Of a stretch of 64,000 nt of DNA, positions 9,974-20,659 are shown one piece after another (within the stretch, counting starts at the first letter, position 1; every line of letters begins with the position of its first letter). The stretch is from NCBI GenBank assembly GCA_015494585.1, contig WGAY01000006.1:1335-65334 (forward strand). Reading direction: 5' to 3'. A program made the position numbers and the translations under genes. The DNA is from Candidatus Omnitrophota bacterium. GTDB taxonomy: Bacteria; Omnitrophota; Gorgyraeia; S143-82. The notes below the pieces were generated by a model. It did no database searches. It saw nothing but the letters and a program-made list of their open reading frames with translations, and was not told the DNA's origin.

Positions 9974-10620
9974 CCGCACAATACAAACCCCTTTATAACG
10001 AGATTCTTCACAGCCTTGACAAGGGTATAACTCGCCTCTTTAAAGGTGGCCTCTGTAGTTACGATATCATCCACCAAAAGGAACCTTATCTCCTTCGATA
10101 CAGATAAAAGTCTTTCCAATGCACCTTCTCTTATTCTAAACGAATTCCTTATCTTTTTTAATCTCAAATCTCTATCTCTTATTTTGTGCAATTCTGGTTT
10201 AAATAATCGTACAGACAATACATCCACCAGGGATATATTCAGTCTATCGGAGATATACCTAGCAATAACCGCAGCAGGATTCCACCAACGTACAAACCGC
10301 TCCTTTAATGGATGCATTGGGATAAAACCGACAAAATCTATATCCGAAAACTCCTCTCTAAATTCAGTCAAATAGCTATCGACACAGGAAAGAATTATAT
10401 CCCTTGCAACGATGTCATGATTGAACTTCCATTTCTTTATGAGAAAGGCTGGCAGGCCTTGATACTCCCACAGGAACAAAAATCTCCCATCACGTTTGCT
10501 ATGGGCAGCTATCGGATGTATATAAGAAAGCTGACTATTACATTCCTTACACAGCAGCCCTTCCCTGATGGAGGTAGCACAATAATAACAAATTGGTGGG
10601 ACAATATCGTCAATAAACAT
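9970..10620 (-). CDS. comF: ComF family competence protein (Zn finger + phosphoribosyltransferase-like)
   Basis: CYYC..CKEC, IPMHP, LVDDIVTTEAT. Confidence 0.8.
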   Translation of the reverse strand: MFIDDIVPPICYYCATSIREGLLCKECNSQLSYIHPIAAHSKRDGRFLFLWEYQGLPAFLIKKWKFNHDIVARDIILSCVDSYLTEFREEFSDIDFVGFIPMHPLKERFVRWWNPAAVIARYISDRLNISLVDVLSVRLFKPELHKIRDRDLRLKKIRNSFRIREGALERLLSVSKEIRFLLVDDIVTTEATFKEASYTLVKAVKNLVIKGFVLCG

Positions 10621-11141
10621 TAATTTATATATTTAGAAATGATACTCTCCCATAGTCCTTTTGATTTCAAAATGAGTTCACAGACCTCCCTGACCGCCCC
10701 CCTTCCACCATAGGAAGATGTTATATAATCCGCTGCTTCCTTGACCTCGGGACAGGCATTAGCAACCGCTACAGCCAATCCAGAGACCTTCATAGCAGGG
10801 ATATCAACCAAATCGTCGCCAACAAAGGCCGTCTCTGACAGATCCACGCCTACAGAGGAGGCAACTTGTCTTACTGCCTCGGCCTTATCCGATATATCCT
10901 CCATTACGATAGAGACACCACAATCCTCGGCCCGTATTCCTATGGTAGGAGAGGATTTGGCACTTATAAATGCAACCTCTATACCTGCCCGCCTTAGTAA
11001 ACTCAATCCCATACCGTCGTGAACATTAAAAAATTTAAGGCTTCTTCCATCACTATCATAGATAATCCGTCCATCCGTCAATACCCCATCCACATCCAAG
11101 GCAAGCAACTTAATCGATTCCCACTTATATGTCAATTTCAT
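10620..11141 (-). CDS. kdsC: KDO 8-phosphate phosphatase (HAD)
   Basis: DVDGVLTDG, FVGDDLVD, GGRGAVRE. Confidence 0.92.
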   Translation of the reverse strand: MKLTYKWESIKLLALDVDGVLTDGRIIYDSDGRSLKFFNVHDGMGLSLLRRAGIEVAFISAKSSPTIGIRAEDCGVSIVMEDISDKAEAVRQVASSVGVDLSETAFVGDDLVDIPAMKVSGLAVAVANACPEVKEAADYITSSYGGRGAVREVCELILKSKGLWESIISKYIN

Positions 11142-11184
11142 CTTAAATCACCTCCTAAATTAATTACTTCAAAGGTGTCAAAAA

Positions 11185-12246
11185 TCATCGGCGAGTTATA
11201 GAGACTATCTTATCAAATACCACCTTCGGAGATATCGCTTTCATACAATACAGGTCCCTATCACACTCAACGGCATAACATGGAACATCACAGCCCTCAG
11301 CCAGCCAGATATTATTAGTAGACAGCTCACCGATAAGTCCAGTAATCCAAGGGGATGTAGGGCCAAAGATCCCTATAACGTTTCTGGTAACAGCCGCTGC
11401 AATGTGCAAAGGCCCAGAATCATTTGAGACAACCACACGGGCCTTTTTAAACAAAACAGCCAATTGAGAAAGAGAGGTCTTCCCGGCCACAATAAATATC
11501 CTATCCTTATAGTTAGCCATATCAACGAGCTGCTGACAACCCCATATATCTTTCAGACTACCAGTCAACAATACATCCCACCCGAGATCTGAAACAATCA
11601 TATCTGCCAATTTAGCAAAGTTTTCCAACGGCCAGCGTTTATATCCCCAATTTCCACCTATGTTTAAGACAGCAAAGTTCTTAAAAACCTTTAGATATTC
11701 CAAAAGTGATTCAACATATCTCTCGTCGTCTTTTGTAAAATAAAAGTCATACTGGTAACCTTCTGGATCTATCCCCAGCTCCTTTATTATCCTAAGGTAA
11801 TAGTCCACTCTGTGTATGTTATCCTTGTCTACATCAACCGGATTTGTTAAAACCCTAAATGTAGATCGCTTGCCTGTACGCTCCCCAACGACAATTGGGA
11901 TATTGGCCATCCGCATTATCAAGGCCCTGGTAAATGAACGGTGAAATAATATCCCGAGATCAAAGAACCTGTTGTATATTGAAAAAAAGAACTTCAAGAA
12001 TTCCGGCATATCCCTGTACCAGCCCCGTTCATCAAACATAATGATCTCATCCACATTTGGATTATTAGCCAGAACCTCCCTGGTTCGCGGCACTATCCAG
12101 CAAGATATATAGGCATTCGGAAACCTCTTTCGAATAGCGCGGACTGCAGGGGTCGTAAAAATAACATCTCCCAACCAATTGGGCATGGATATCAATATCC
12201 TATAAACATCGTCTTGTTTTTTAGAATTATATTTCAGGTCAGGCAA
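11185..12246 (-). CDS. waaF: LPS heptosyltransferase II (GT9)
   Basis: PNWLGDV, KRWP, SNDSGPLHIAAA, FGPT. Confidence 0.85.
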   Translation of the reverse strand: MPDLKYNSKKQDDVYRILISMPNWLGDVIFTTPAVRAIRKRFPNAYISCWIVPRTREVLANNPNVDEIIMFDERGWYRDMPEFLKFFFSIYNRFFDLGILFHRSFTRALIMRMANIPIVVGERTGKRSTFRVLTNPVDVDKDNIHRVDYYLRIIKELGIDPEGYQYDFYFTKDDERYVESLLEYLKVFKNFAVLNIGGNWGYKRWPLENFAKLADMIVSDLGWDVLLTGSLKDIWGCQQLVDMANYKDRIFIVAGKTSLSQLAVLFKKARVVVSNDSGPLHIAAAVTRNVIGIFGPTSPWITGLIGELSTNNIWLAEGCDVPCYAVECDRDLYCMKAISPKVVFDKIVSITRR

Positions 12247-13283
12247 ATCGTCCCTCCAAGTCTTTGGACAATACCCTTAATCTCCAGATTACTAATACGG
12301 TTAAGCACATCAGTATAATCCAGACCACTTATATTAATCAGGTCATCAAGCGTCAAACTGCCTTCACGTTGCAGTATAGATAATAGCACATTATCAACTG
12401 GATTTAAATCCACATCTAAAAGTCCCTCATCTTTCTCTCTAGTAGACAAACCAATATCCTGTAGAAAGGAATCTAGGTCAAATATTGGGATAGCCCCATC
12501 GTATATAAGTCTGTTCGTCCCTTCGGACGCAGGAGAATCTATCCTTCCTGGCAGGGCATATACATCCTTGCCTTGTTCAACGGCATAACTGGCCGTGATA
12601 AGCGCACCACTCTTCCTTGCCGCCTCTATTACTACCACCACATCAGACAATCCAGAAATCAACCTATTCCTTCTAGGGAACGTATGTTTCGCTGGACGTA
12701 TAAGAGGCAGAAATTCACTCAATATAAGACCACCTTTTTCAAGAAATCTATTGAAAAATGCAGCATACGACCTGGGATAAAAGTCCTCTAACCCACAACC
12801 CATTACCACAATGGATCTATACTCATCGTCAATACAGGAATTCTTATGGACCGCATTATCAATCCCAAAGGCCCCACCACTAACCGTTATTGCACCAGCC
12901 TCTATTATTGCCCTTGACATATGCCTGGCCATTGTGAGCCCATAGCTAGTAGCCCTTCGTGAACCGACAATTCCTATTTTCCTCCTGGCACCAATCAGGG
13001 ATATCTGTCCCTTATAGAATAAAACCATGGGTGGATCAGAGATATTCTTCAGAGACTCGGGGTAACTATCATCCCAATAAGTCAGTATTTCTATATCCGA
13101 ATCCTTCAGTGCCTCTATATTCCTGGAGATAAAATCGCCTCTTTCTGAAATAAGCCGTTCTATTTCTTCGCCTAAACGATCTACAAGTCCCTCCATCCCC
13201 ATATCTAGACTATAAGCAGAAGAAAACTGCCTCTTCTCAAACAGCAATAGTAGGGCAAATAATCTTTCTATATCGCAACCCAT
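12234..13283 (-). CDS. dprA: DNA-processing protein DprA
   Basis: IVGSR, VSGGAFGID, FPRRNRLISGLS, SGALITA. Confidence 0.92.
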   Translation of the reverse strand: MGCDIERLFALLLLFEKRQFSSAYSLDMGMEGLVDRLGEEIERLISERGDFISRNIEALKDSDIEILTYWDDSYPESLKNISDPPMVLFYKGQISLIGARRKIGIVGSRRATSYGLTMARHMSRAIIEAGAITVSGGAFGIDNAVHKNSCIDDEYRSIVVMGCGLEDFYPRSYAAFFNRFLEKGGLILSEFLPLIRPAKHTFPRRNRLISGLSDVVVVIEAARKSGALITASYAVEQGKDVYALPGRIDSPASEGTNRLIYDGAIPIFDLDSFLQDIGLSTREKDEGLLDVDLNPVDNVLLSILQREGSLTLDDLINISGLDYTDVLNRISNLEIKGIVQRLGGTICLT

Positions 13284-13290
13284 AGCACTA

Positions 13291-14055
13291 TCATTGCGTT
13301 AACAATATCTCTCGCCAGGCCTGTGGCGAAAATTCCTGGGCCCTTCTATCCAGCCAATCGCTAGGGAAATAGGGCAACAGCTTTGTAGAAAGATTCTTTT
13401 TCAATTTCTTCCTGCGATTTATAAAGGCCTGCCTTACAATCGATAAGAACCTCTGTCTCCTTTGTTTATCAACATTGATTAAATTCTTCACCGGCAACAG
13501 GCCGACAAAGACAGAACTAACCTTAGGAACTGGATAAAATGCCCTGGCCGGCAGGGACAGGGCCTTTTCTATATCAAAGAAAACCTGCATGACAACCGAA
13601 AGGTAGCTATACTTTTTCTTCCCAGGGAAACTGGTCAATTTATCAAAGAGTTCTCTCTGAAGCATAAAAAAACCCGCCTTTATCCCAGGATTCAACAACA
13701 TAATCTCCAACACATCACCTGTAATGTAGTAAGGTATATTTCCAACGAGGTAGAAGGCCTCTAGATCCATATCAAGGCGCCTGAAATCGGCCTTTATCAC
13801 CTCAACACTAGGCAGAGGGAACCTCTCTTTCAATGGACCAATCAAGCGGGAATCCCTCTCCACAAGGATCAGTCTCCTGGGTCTTAACTCCAACAACATC
13901 CTAGTCAACGCCCCCTGACCTGGCCCTATCTCCACTATCGAGGACCCCTTATCCACCCTTTCCCTGAGATAACTGCCTATCAGGGTCAGGGCCTTCCTAT
14001 CTCGCAGAAAGCACTGTCCTAATGACTTTTTGTAGACGAAATCATCTTTGTCCAT
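13291..14055 (-). CDS. rsmA: 16S rRNA m6,2A dimethyltransferase RsmA/KsgA
   Basis: KKSLGQCFL, EIGPGQGALT, GNIPYYI, FYPVPKVSS; start moved to MDKDD. Confidence 0.92.
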   Translation of the reverse strand: MDKDDFVYKKSLGQCFLRDRKALTLIGSYLRERVDKGSSIVEIGPGQGALTRMLLELRPRRLILVERDSRLIGPLKERFPLPSVEVIKADFRRLDMDLEAFYLVGNIPYYITGDVLEIMLLNPGIKAGFFMLQRELFDKLTSFPGKKKYSYLSVVMQVFFDIEKALSLPARAFYPVPKVSSVFVGLLPVKNLINVDKQRRQRFLSIVRQAFINRRKKLKKNLSTKLLPYFPSDWLDRRAQEFSPQAWREILLTQ

Positions 14056-14953
14056 CACGTGCCAATCTGAATGCCATACGAATAGAAGCAAGCATAGAAC
14101 GCGGATCTGCCTTGCCCTGTCCTCGTATATCAAATGCCGTTCCATGGCAAGGGGATGTTCTGACCACAGGTAGCCCCCAGGTTACATTTACAGCAAAAGG
14201 CGCCAGAGTCTTTAAAACCGGAAGCCCTTGATCATGGTACATAGAAAGAATAATAGAAAAATCACGGCGATATTTGAATATTGTATCCGCAGGGAACGGC
14301 CCTCTAACATCGATCCCTTTAGCCCGAAATGCCTTTATCACCGGCATTATAATCTCCTTCTCCTCTTTGCCAATCATCCCGCCTTCTCCTGCATGGGGAT
14401 TAAGACCACAAAGTCCTATAGGTCTATTATCATTCATTGCCGAGGAAAATTCACTGGCTGTTAAGATTGCTTCTCTTATCCGGAACTTTGTTATGCTGGC
14501 AGGCACCTCTGATATCGGAATATGCCGCGTTACGAGCAGGAGGTTCAATGAACGTGAAGCGAATATCATCTCTACCCTATCCACAGAAAAGGCAGACTGC
14601 AGGTATTCCGTATGGCCGCTAAACTCGCATAACCTGGCCATCTTTTCTTTACTTACAGGTGCTGTAACTATACCTTGGACCTGACCTGACTTACACAGAG
14701 AAACTGCCTTCTCCAGTGCAGCCAGGGCAGAATGGGTATAACTAATGCGGTATCTGTCAAACGAAAACTTACCACAGGGTATATCGATTATCTCTAAAGA
14801 CTCGAGCTCAGGACAAAACAATTCAAAGGCGGCCTTGCATCCTATTACCACCAGTCTTTGTCTGAACCTCTTCGGAAGGAGGGATATGGCCTTCGCTACA
14901 ACCTCAGGTCCTATTCCAAACGGATCACCCAGAGTAATTGCCAACTTAATCAT
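14042..14953 (-). CDS. pdxA: 4-hydroxythreonine-4-phosphate dehydrogenase
   Basis: GDPFGIGPE, GHTE, LNPHAGE, MYHDQG, RTSPCHGTA. Confidence 0.93.
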   Translation of the reverse strand: MIKLAITLGDPFGIGPEVVAKAISLLPKRFRQRLVVIGCKAAFELFCPELESLEIIDIPCGKFSFDRYRISYTHSALAALEKAVSLCKSGQVQGIVTAPVSKEKMARLCEFSGHTEYLQSAFSVDRVEMIFASRSLNLLLVTRHIPISEVPASITKFRIREAILTASEFSSAMNDNRPIGLCGLNPHAGEGGMIGKEEKEIIMPVIKAFRAKGIDVRGPFPADTIFKYRRDFSIILSMYHDQGLPVLKTLAPFAVNVTWGLPVVRTSPCHGTAFDIRGQGKADPRSMLASIRMAFRLARDGQR

Positions 14954-14961
14954 AGTTACGA

Positions 14962-16011
14962 TTATATTATAAGCATAGCATCCCCATAAGAAAAAAAACG
15001 ATACCGTTGCTCAATAGCATATTTATAAGCCCTCAGGATAAGATCCCTATCTGCAAAGGCACACACAAGCAAGAGCAAGGAACTTTTCGGCAAATGGAAA
15101 TTAGTAAATAGCATGTCTACAAACTTAAACTTATAGCCAGGGTATATAAATATATCTGTCGAACCCTCTATTGTCTCTCTATCCATATCGTAGATATCCT
15201 CACAAGAAAGGGTCTCCAGTACCCTTACTGTAGTAGTACCTACGGCCAATATCCTTTTCTGGGAGGAAATGGCCTCCCTCAACAGACGCAAATTCTCCCT
15301 ATCTATAAAAAACTCCTCTTTGTGCATGCGATGTTCTCTAATATCGCTGCTTTTTATAGGTGAAAATGTCCCATAGCCAACGTGGAGCGTAACATAACAG
15401 ATCCCCCATACCATATCGGCAATCTCCTGCATTAGGCCATGGTCAAAGTGGAGTCCTGCAGTAGGAGCAGCTACTGCACCATAATGTCGTGCATACACCG
15501 TCTGATAATTGACCTTATCCGTCTCCCCAGGAAGACGCTTTATATAAGGCGGTAACGGCATCCTACCTATCTCCTCGAGAAGACCTATATCAACAGTATC
15601 TTCAAATTCAATTATCTTGCCCCCCTGATAAACGGCCTTTAATCGGTCTTCCAATAGAAGCCGCTGTCCTAGCTTCATCCTGGATAAAGGTTTTATAAGG
15701 GCCTTCCACCTTCTCTTATCCTCAGAGACAGCTCGTATAAGCAGGACATCAACCTTTCCCCCTGTGTCCTGTTTAATGCCTATCAACCTAGCGGGGATAA
15801 CCTTTGTATTGTTAAATACCACAAGGGTATCACTATTCAAATATTCCAGAATAGAGCCGACAAAGCCTTCTTTGAATTTGCGATTCTCTCTATCTACGAC
15901 CAACAGCCTATCGCGGGTTCCCTCTCCAGGTTCATAGGCAATCAACTCCGTAGGAAGCGAATAATCGTAAAAATCCAGTCTATATATGTCATCCACATTC
16001 CCAATCTTCAT
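14962..16011 (-). CDS. queA: S-adenosylmethionine:tRNA ribosyltransferase-isomerase
   Basis: PLPPYI, YQTVYA, AAPTAGLHF, TNFHLPKS, YRFFSYGDAM; start after RBS GGGGAG. Confidence 0.95.
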   Translation of the reverse strand: MKIGNVDDIYRLDFYDYSLPTELIAYEPGEGTRDRLLVVDRENRKFKEGFVGSILEYLNSDTLVVFNNTKVIPARLIGIKQDTGGKVDVLLIRAVSEDKRRWKALIKPLSRMKLGQRLLLEDRLKAVYQGGKIIEFEDTVDIGLLEEIGRMPLPPYIKRLPGETDKVNYQTVYARHYGAVAAPTAGLHFDHGLMQEIADMVWGICYVTLHVGYGTFSPIKSSDIREHRMHKEEFFIDRENLRLLREAISSQKRILAVGTTTVRVLETLSCEDIYDMDRETIEGSTDIFIYPGYKFKFVDMLFTNFHLPKSSLLLLVCAFADRDLILRAYKYAIEQRYRFFSYGDAMLII

Positions 16012-16444
16012 ATCTCCCCAGAAACCTTCGCTGATATTCAAACATAGCCTCCCTCCCATCCTCTGTATCATCCTGCCAACCCATAGCATGCAAAAGGCCA
16101 TGTATGAGGCAAAAGGCAAGCTCATACCTAAAGCCTGTTCCGTACACTTGAGAATTTCGCTCTATCTCAGAGACTCCTAAAAAGATCTCCGCCTCTAAAA
16201 TCGGATTATTCCCAAAAGGAACGGTTATGACATCCGTAGGGTCATTAATACCAAAAACCCTATCATTTACCATTGATATCATCTCATCGTCCATCGTATA
16301 TATATCTATCTTAGCAGATTGTAATCTCTGCTCATCCAGAAAAGACCTCGTTAATTTCTCTAAGAAAGCAATATTACCCAACCCGACTAGATCCTGAAGA
16401 TTTACAGATATACCAGAGGAAGAATTATTGTCTTGCTTTGCCAT
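15989..16444 (-). CDS. ybeY: rRNA maturation factor YbeY
   Basis: PTDVIT, IHGLLHAMGWQD; next to a 7TM-HD gene as in the usual synteny. Confidence 0.85.
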   Translation of the reverse strand: MAKQDNNSSSGISVNLQDLVGLGNIAFLEKLTRSFLDEQRLQSAKIDIYTMDDEMISMVNDRVFGINDPTDVITVPFGNNPILEAEIFLGVSEIERNSQVYGTGFRYELAFCLIHGLLHAMGWQDDTEDGREAMFEYQRRFLGRYEDWECG

Positions 16445-17867
16445 TTTTAGGGGAGTCTTTTTTATCCTGATCAGGATAAGGAATACGTTGATGGTACATA
16501 CTGCTCAATATACGGGTAAAGACCTTCGCAATCTTATCCAGGTCTCTAAAGGTCAAATCACACTCATCCAATTGCCCATCTATTACCTTAGAATCTATAA
16601 CCGTCTTTACAGCATGAGCTATCTTATCAGGATTTGGATCGCTCATACTCCTGACCATTGCCTCGACAGCATCTGCAAGCAATACAATAGCGGCTTCTTT
16701 TGTCTGAGGCTTGGGTCCTGGGTATCGGAAGTCTTCTTCCCTCACATCCTCTTTTCCTTCATCCACTGCCTTTTTATAGAAATAATACGCCAAACTCCTA
16801 CCATGGTGCTGGGCGATAAAGTCCATTATCTGACGAGGTAATCTATATTTTTTGGCTATCTCAAGCCCCTCCTTTACGTGATTCATCAAGATCAACTTGC
16901 TCATAGAAGGCGAAAGTTTGCCGTGGGTATTCTGCCCTTTTATCTGATTTTCAACAAAATACTCTGCCCTGGGTATCTTTCCCACATCGTGATAATATGC
17001 GCCAACCCGCGCAAGCAAGGAATTGGCCCCTATCTCTTCTGCCGCTGCCTCGGCAAGATTCCCAACAACCAGGCTGTGGTGGTAGGTGCCAGGGGCCTCC
17101 ATTATAAGTTTTCTCAATAATGGCTGTTGGGTATCTGCCCACTCCAGTAGACTTATATTTGTCAATGCCCCAAACATTAGCTCGAATATGGGAATAGAGA
17201 CAAAGACCACCGCAAAACAGATAATCCCATTAACCGCAGCGGCAATTAAGTTTGTCTGCACAATATTACTATGCGTAGCATAGACATATATCAGATACAA
17301 CAAAACCATCGATATACTAACACTTGCACCTGCACGAAATAGGTGTTTGCGATGTCGTACATTAGATGACATAAGCCCACCAATAACAGAGGATATAAAC
17401 ATTATCCAAAAGTAGTATAGATTGCCTCCGAATATCTCCGCCACCAGAAAACTCACAAGCATCGAAAATACAAAGGCAAGTTCTAAGTCCCTATAGCAGA
17501 GCATTATTGCCATAGATGCAACCGCAACCGGTACATAGTAAGGTGACCATGAATAGTTTATGATAACCCGGCTTATCGGTATATAAAGTAAAAACAGTGT
17601 TGACATCGCCACAAAGGCAAGCATTTGAAGACGGCGTTTTCCCCTTAGTATCTTCAAGTATATAACTGTTAGAAAATAAAATATAGCAACCAGCGGACTA
17701 ACCGAGGCAAAATGAAGCACTAATTCAACCAAGAGGAATACAATGAGTACCTCTACAACATATACCCATCCAGGACGCTTTACATTATTCTGGAAGGCAA
17801 AACGCCTCTTTTTCTTCTTTAGATTATTCGAAGGGTTATTATTGAAAAGTCTTTTTACTAATTCCAT
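16425..17867 (-). CDS. Membrane HD-domain phosphohydrolase (7TM-HD, PgpH-like c-di-AMP phosphodiesterase family)
   Basis: TM N-terminal half; APGTYHHS, YYHDVGK, HHG, FRYPGPKP, LADAVEA. Confidence 0.88.
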   Translation of the reverse strand: MELVKRLFNNNPSNNLKKKKRRFAFQNNVKRPGWVYVVEVLIVFLLVELVLHFASVSPLVAIFYFLTVIYLKILRGKRRLQMLAFVAMSTLFLLYIPISRVIINYSWSPYYVPVAVASMAIMLCYRDLELAFVFSMLVSFLVAEIFGGNLYYFWIMFISSVIGGLMSSNVRHRKHLFRAGASVSISMVLLYLIYVYATHSNIVQTNLIAAAVNGIICFAVVFVSIPIFELMFGALTNISLLEWADTQQPLLRKLIMEAPGTYHHSLVVGNLAEAAAEEIGANSLLARVGAYYHDVGKIPRAEYFVENQIKGQNTHGKLSPSMSKLILMNHVKEGLEIAKKYRLPRQIMDFIAQHHGRSLAYYFYKKAVDEGKEDVREEDFRYPGPKPQTKEAAIVLLADAVEAMVRSMSDPNPDKIAHAVKTVIDSKVIDGQLDECDLTFRDLDKIAKVFTRILSSMYHQRIPYPDQDKKDSPKNGKARQ

Positions 17868-17934
17868 AAAGTGGCCGCCTTTTTAACCGTGTTGGCTAAG
17901 CCAATTTGTCCTTTTTGATTTATAAACACCTTGA

Positions 17935-18597
17935 CTATTTTTTGAGATTTGGTATCCTGAGTTCCTGGCCTACATATAGGCTATCGGGATTCTCCAGCCT
18001 GTCCTTGTTGGCCTCAAATATCTTAGGCCATAGACTATACTTACCATAAAATTTGTAGGATATCTTCTGGAGGGTATCTCCCTTCTCGACCTTATATATA
18101 GTATATGCCACATTATCACTACTATTCTCATTACCAGCATCCTTGACCTCTCCCTCTAATCTCTCTACCGTCTTAGCCGTCTCTTCAGAGACAACCTCCC
18201 CTGTTCCTGTCTCCATCGGCTGCTCTTTCTCTGTTTGCTTCTGCTCTTTCTTATAAATATAACCGTAATTTGCCTCTTTGACAGAATCTTCTTTGATTTT
18301 TATGGAATCGCTTTCAGTTCCTTCCTTAGAAGGAGAAACTTCTGTTTCTTTTCCTTTTGATTCTATCCTTATCTCTTTCGGATTTACCAATTCTATCTCT
18401 GTAACTAGTATCTTTCGCGTCTTTTTCTCGGGTACATAAAGGCTTGTCTTAGGAGATCCAACTAGATAGCCCTGATTCCCTTCAACCAATATATCCTTTC
18501 GCGGCATCTCTTTTTCATATACCCTTATTACACAGCCACTTGTCAAGAAAAATGAAAATGCAATCAATGCCAATAACATCCTATACCTCATCATCAT
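17935..18597 (-). CDS. LysM-domain lipoprotein
   Basis: Lipobox-like LTSGC; C-terminal YKVEKGDTLQKIS..WPKIFEAN..GQELRIP. Confidence 0.88.
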   Translation of the reverse strand: MMMRYRMLLALIAFSFFLTSGCVIRVYEKEMPRKDILVEGNQGYLVGSPKTSLYVPEKKTRKILVTEIELVNPKEIRIESKGKETEVSPSKEGTESDSIKIKEDSVKEANYGYIYKKEQKQTEKEQPMETGTGEVVSEETAKTVERLEGEVKDAGNENSSDNVAYTIYKVEKGDTLQKISYKFYGKYSLWPKIFEANKDRLENPDSLYVGQELRIPNLKK

Positions 18598-18686
18598 ATC
18601 CCCCTTGTTTTGATTTTTAATCTTTATATATAATCTAAATCCATCGTCTCTTTGTCTGGCCTCTAAGTTAAAATCAAATCCCAAGA

Positions 18687-20078
18687 CTAATCAGCCATAA
18701 TCTTTATAGCCAATTCCCTAAGCTGTCTCTCTGACACAAAAGAAGGTGCGCCTGTAAGCATACAAACTGCCTTCTGCGTCTTGGGGAAGGCAATAACATC
18801 TCGTATACTATCTTCCCCACACATAATTGCGGTCAATCTGTCCAGTCCAAAGGCAATACCCGCGTGAGGTGGAGCACCATAGGAAAATGCCTCTAGCAAA
18901 AATCCAAACTTGGTCTCTATCTCCTCCTCTGACATATTCAATATCTCGAATATCTTTTTCTGAAGGCTGCGCTGATGTATACGAACCGAACCACTCCCCA
19001 ACTCTGAGCCATTCAATACCAAATCATAAGAACGGGCCCGTACCTTCGCTAAATCACCGCTCTCCAAAGCAGGGATATCATCTGGATGAACAGAGGTAAA
19101 TGGATGGTGCTCACTCTCCCACCGTCCTTCCTCTTCATTCCAGGAAAAGAGGGGGAAGTCAACTATCCAAACGAAGGCAAATTCCTTATCAAACTCCTCT
19201 CTTAAATCAGGCTTATCCGTGCCATATTTCTCCATTACCTCACTATACGTTAATCTTGGGAATGGGACCTCAAGGTCAATCCCCTTGACCTCTTTGAATA
19301 CCTGCTTCATAAGCTGTTCACTCATCGAAAAGATATCCTCTTCATCCACAAAAGAGGCCTCTATGTCTATCTGAGTAAATTCAGGCTGCCTATCGGCCCT
19401 CAAATCCTCGTCCCTAAAACACTTTACTATCTGGAAATACCGTTCAAGGCCCGCCACCATAAATAATTGTTTAAACAACTGTGGAGATTGGGGCAGGGCG
19501 TAGAACTTACCCGGATTCACCCTCGAGGGAACAAGATAATCCCTGGCGCCTTCAGGAGTAGACTTCGTCAAAAATGGGGTCTCCAGCTCCAGGTATCCCA
19601 AGGAAACCAACGCTCCTCTGGCGGCCTGCATAATCTTGTGGCGAATAATCAGATTATTCTTCATCTTTGGCTGTCTTATATCCAGATATCTATACCTGAG
19701 ACGTACATCCTCACCTGGCTCTGTATCGCCTTCTATCTCAAAGGGGAGTGTATCTGCCTCATTCAATATCTCTATTTCCTTTGCCAGCAATTCTATAAAA
19801 CCAGTAGGTATTTTAGGATTCTCTGTGCCTTTGGGTCGCTTATTGACAATTCCCCTAATAGCAACTACATATTCGCTCCTTATCTGCTTGACCACATCAT
19901 AGCTCTGACACTCTTTCGGAACGATAACTACCTGAGTAATCCCCCACCTATCCCTTATATCAAAAAAGGTTATCTTTCCATGATCCCTTCTCCTATGGAC
20001 CCAACCCATAATCACAACTTCTGAACCGATCTCCACCCCAGCAAGTTCCTCTGATATATGTGTCCTCCTAAGCCTCAT
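18687..20078 (-). CDS. aspS: Aspartate--tRNA ligase, bacterial type lacking the GAD insertion, probably non-discriminating
   Basis: [48 protein letters not shown]; 463 aa. Confidence 0.96.
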   Translation of the reverse strand: MRLRRTHISEELAGVEIGSEVVIMGWVHRRRDHGKITFFDIRDRWGITQVVIVPKECQSYDVVKQIRSEYVVAIRGIVNKRPKGTENPKIPTGFIELLAKEIEILNEADTLPFEIEGDTEPGEDVRLRYRYLDIRQPKMKNNLIIRHKIMQAARGALVSLGYLELETPFLTKSTPEGARDYLVPSRVNPGKFYALPQSPQLFKQLFMVAGLERYFQIVKCFRDEDLRADRQPEFTQIDIEASFVDEEDIFSMSEQLMKQVFKEVKGIDLEVPFPRLTYSEVMEKYGTDKPDLREEFDKEFAFVWIVDFPLFSWNEEEGRWESEHHPFTSVHPDDIPALESGDLAKVRARSYDLVLNGSELGSGSVRIHQRSLQKKIFEILNMSEEEIETKFGFLLEAFSYGAPPHAGIAFGLDRLTAIMCGEDSIRDVIAFPKTQKAVCMLTGAPSFVSERQLRELAIKIMAD

Positions 20079-20158
20079 CTACTTCCTCCCTTATAAGTAA
20101 ATTACCTTAGAATTCCATTATCTCTAATCCTCAACCTTAAGTCCTTGCTTCACCCTCA

Positions 20159-20659
20159 TCAAAGCACAATATCCTTATGTCTGGCAAAGTAATCTATCAT
20201 CCCACCTTCCTGGAGAATCTTCTGCATAACCTTTGGAAGAGGTGATATCCGCTTTTCTATCCCCTTGGACGTATTTACCAGCACACCCTTGTCCAGATCT
20301 ATCTCCAGCTCATCGCCCTGTTCTATGCTATCGGTATCCACCTCTACCAGAGGCAGACCTACATTGAATGAGTTTCTGAAGAATATTCTCGCAAATGACT
20401 TTGCCACAACTGCGTTTATCCCCGCATACTTTATCGCCAGTGGCGCCTGTTCTCTGGAGGACCCCATCCCAAAGTTCTCACCGGCCACGATAATGGAATT
20501 ACCGTGATCCAGGGTATCATAGAACCCAGGGGCAATATCCTCCATAACATGCTTTGCTAGCTCATTTAGGTCGGTGATAGAGAACTTATACCGTCCTGAA
20601 ATGATAAAATCCGTATTTATATTATCACCAAAAACGTACGCCTTTCCTTTTATCTTCAT
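20159..20659 (-). CDS. leuD: 3-isopropylmalate dehydratase small subunit (LeuD/HacB type)
   Basis: [28 protein letters not shown]. Confidence 0.9.
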   Translation of the reverse strand: MKIKGKAYVFGDNINTDFIISGRYKFSITDLNELAKHVMEDIAPGFYDTLDHGNSIIVAGENFGMGSSREQAPLAIKYAGINAVVAKSFARIFFRNSFNVGLPLVEVDTDSIEQGDELEIDLDKGVLVNTSKGIEKRISPLPKVMQKILQEGGMIDYFARHKDIVL

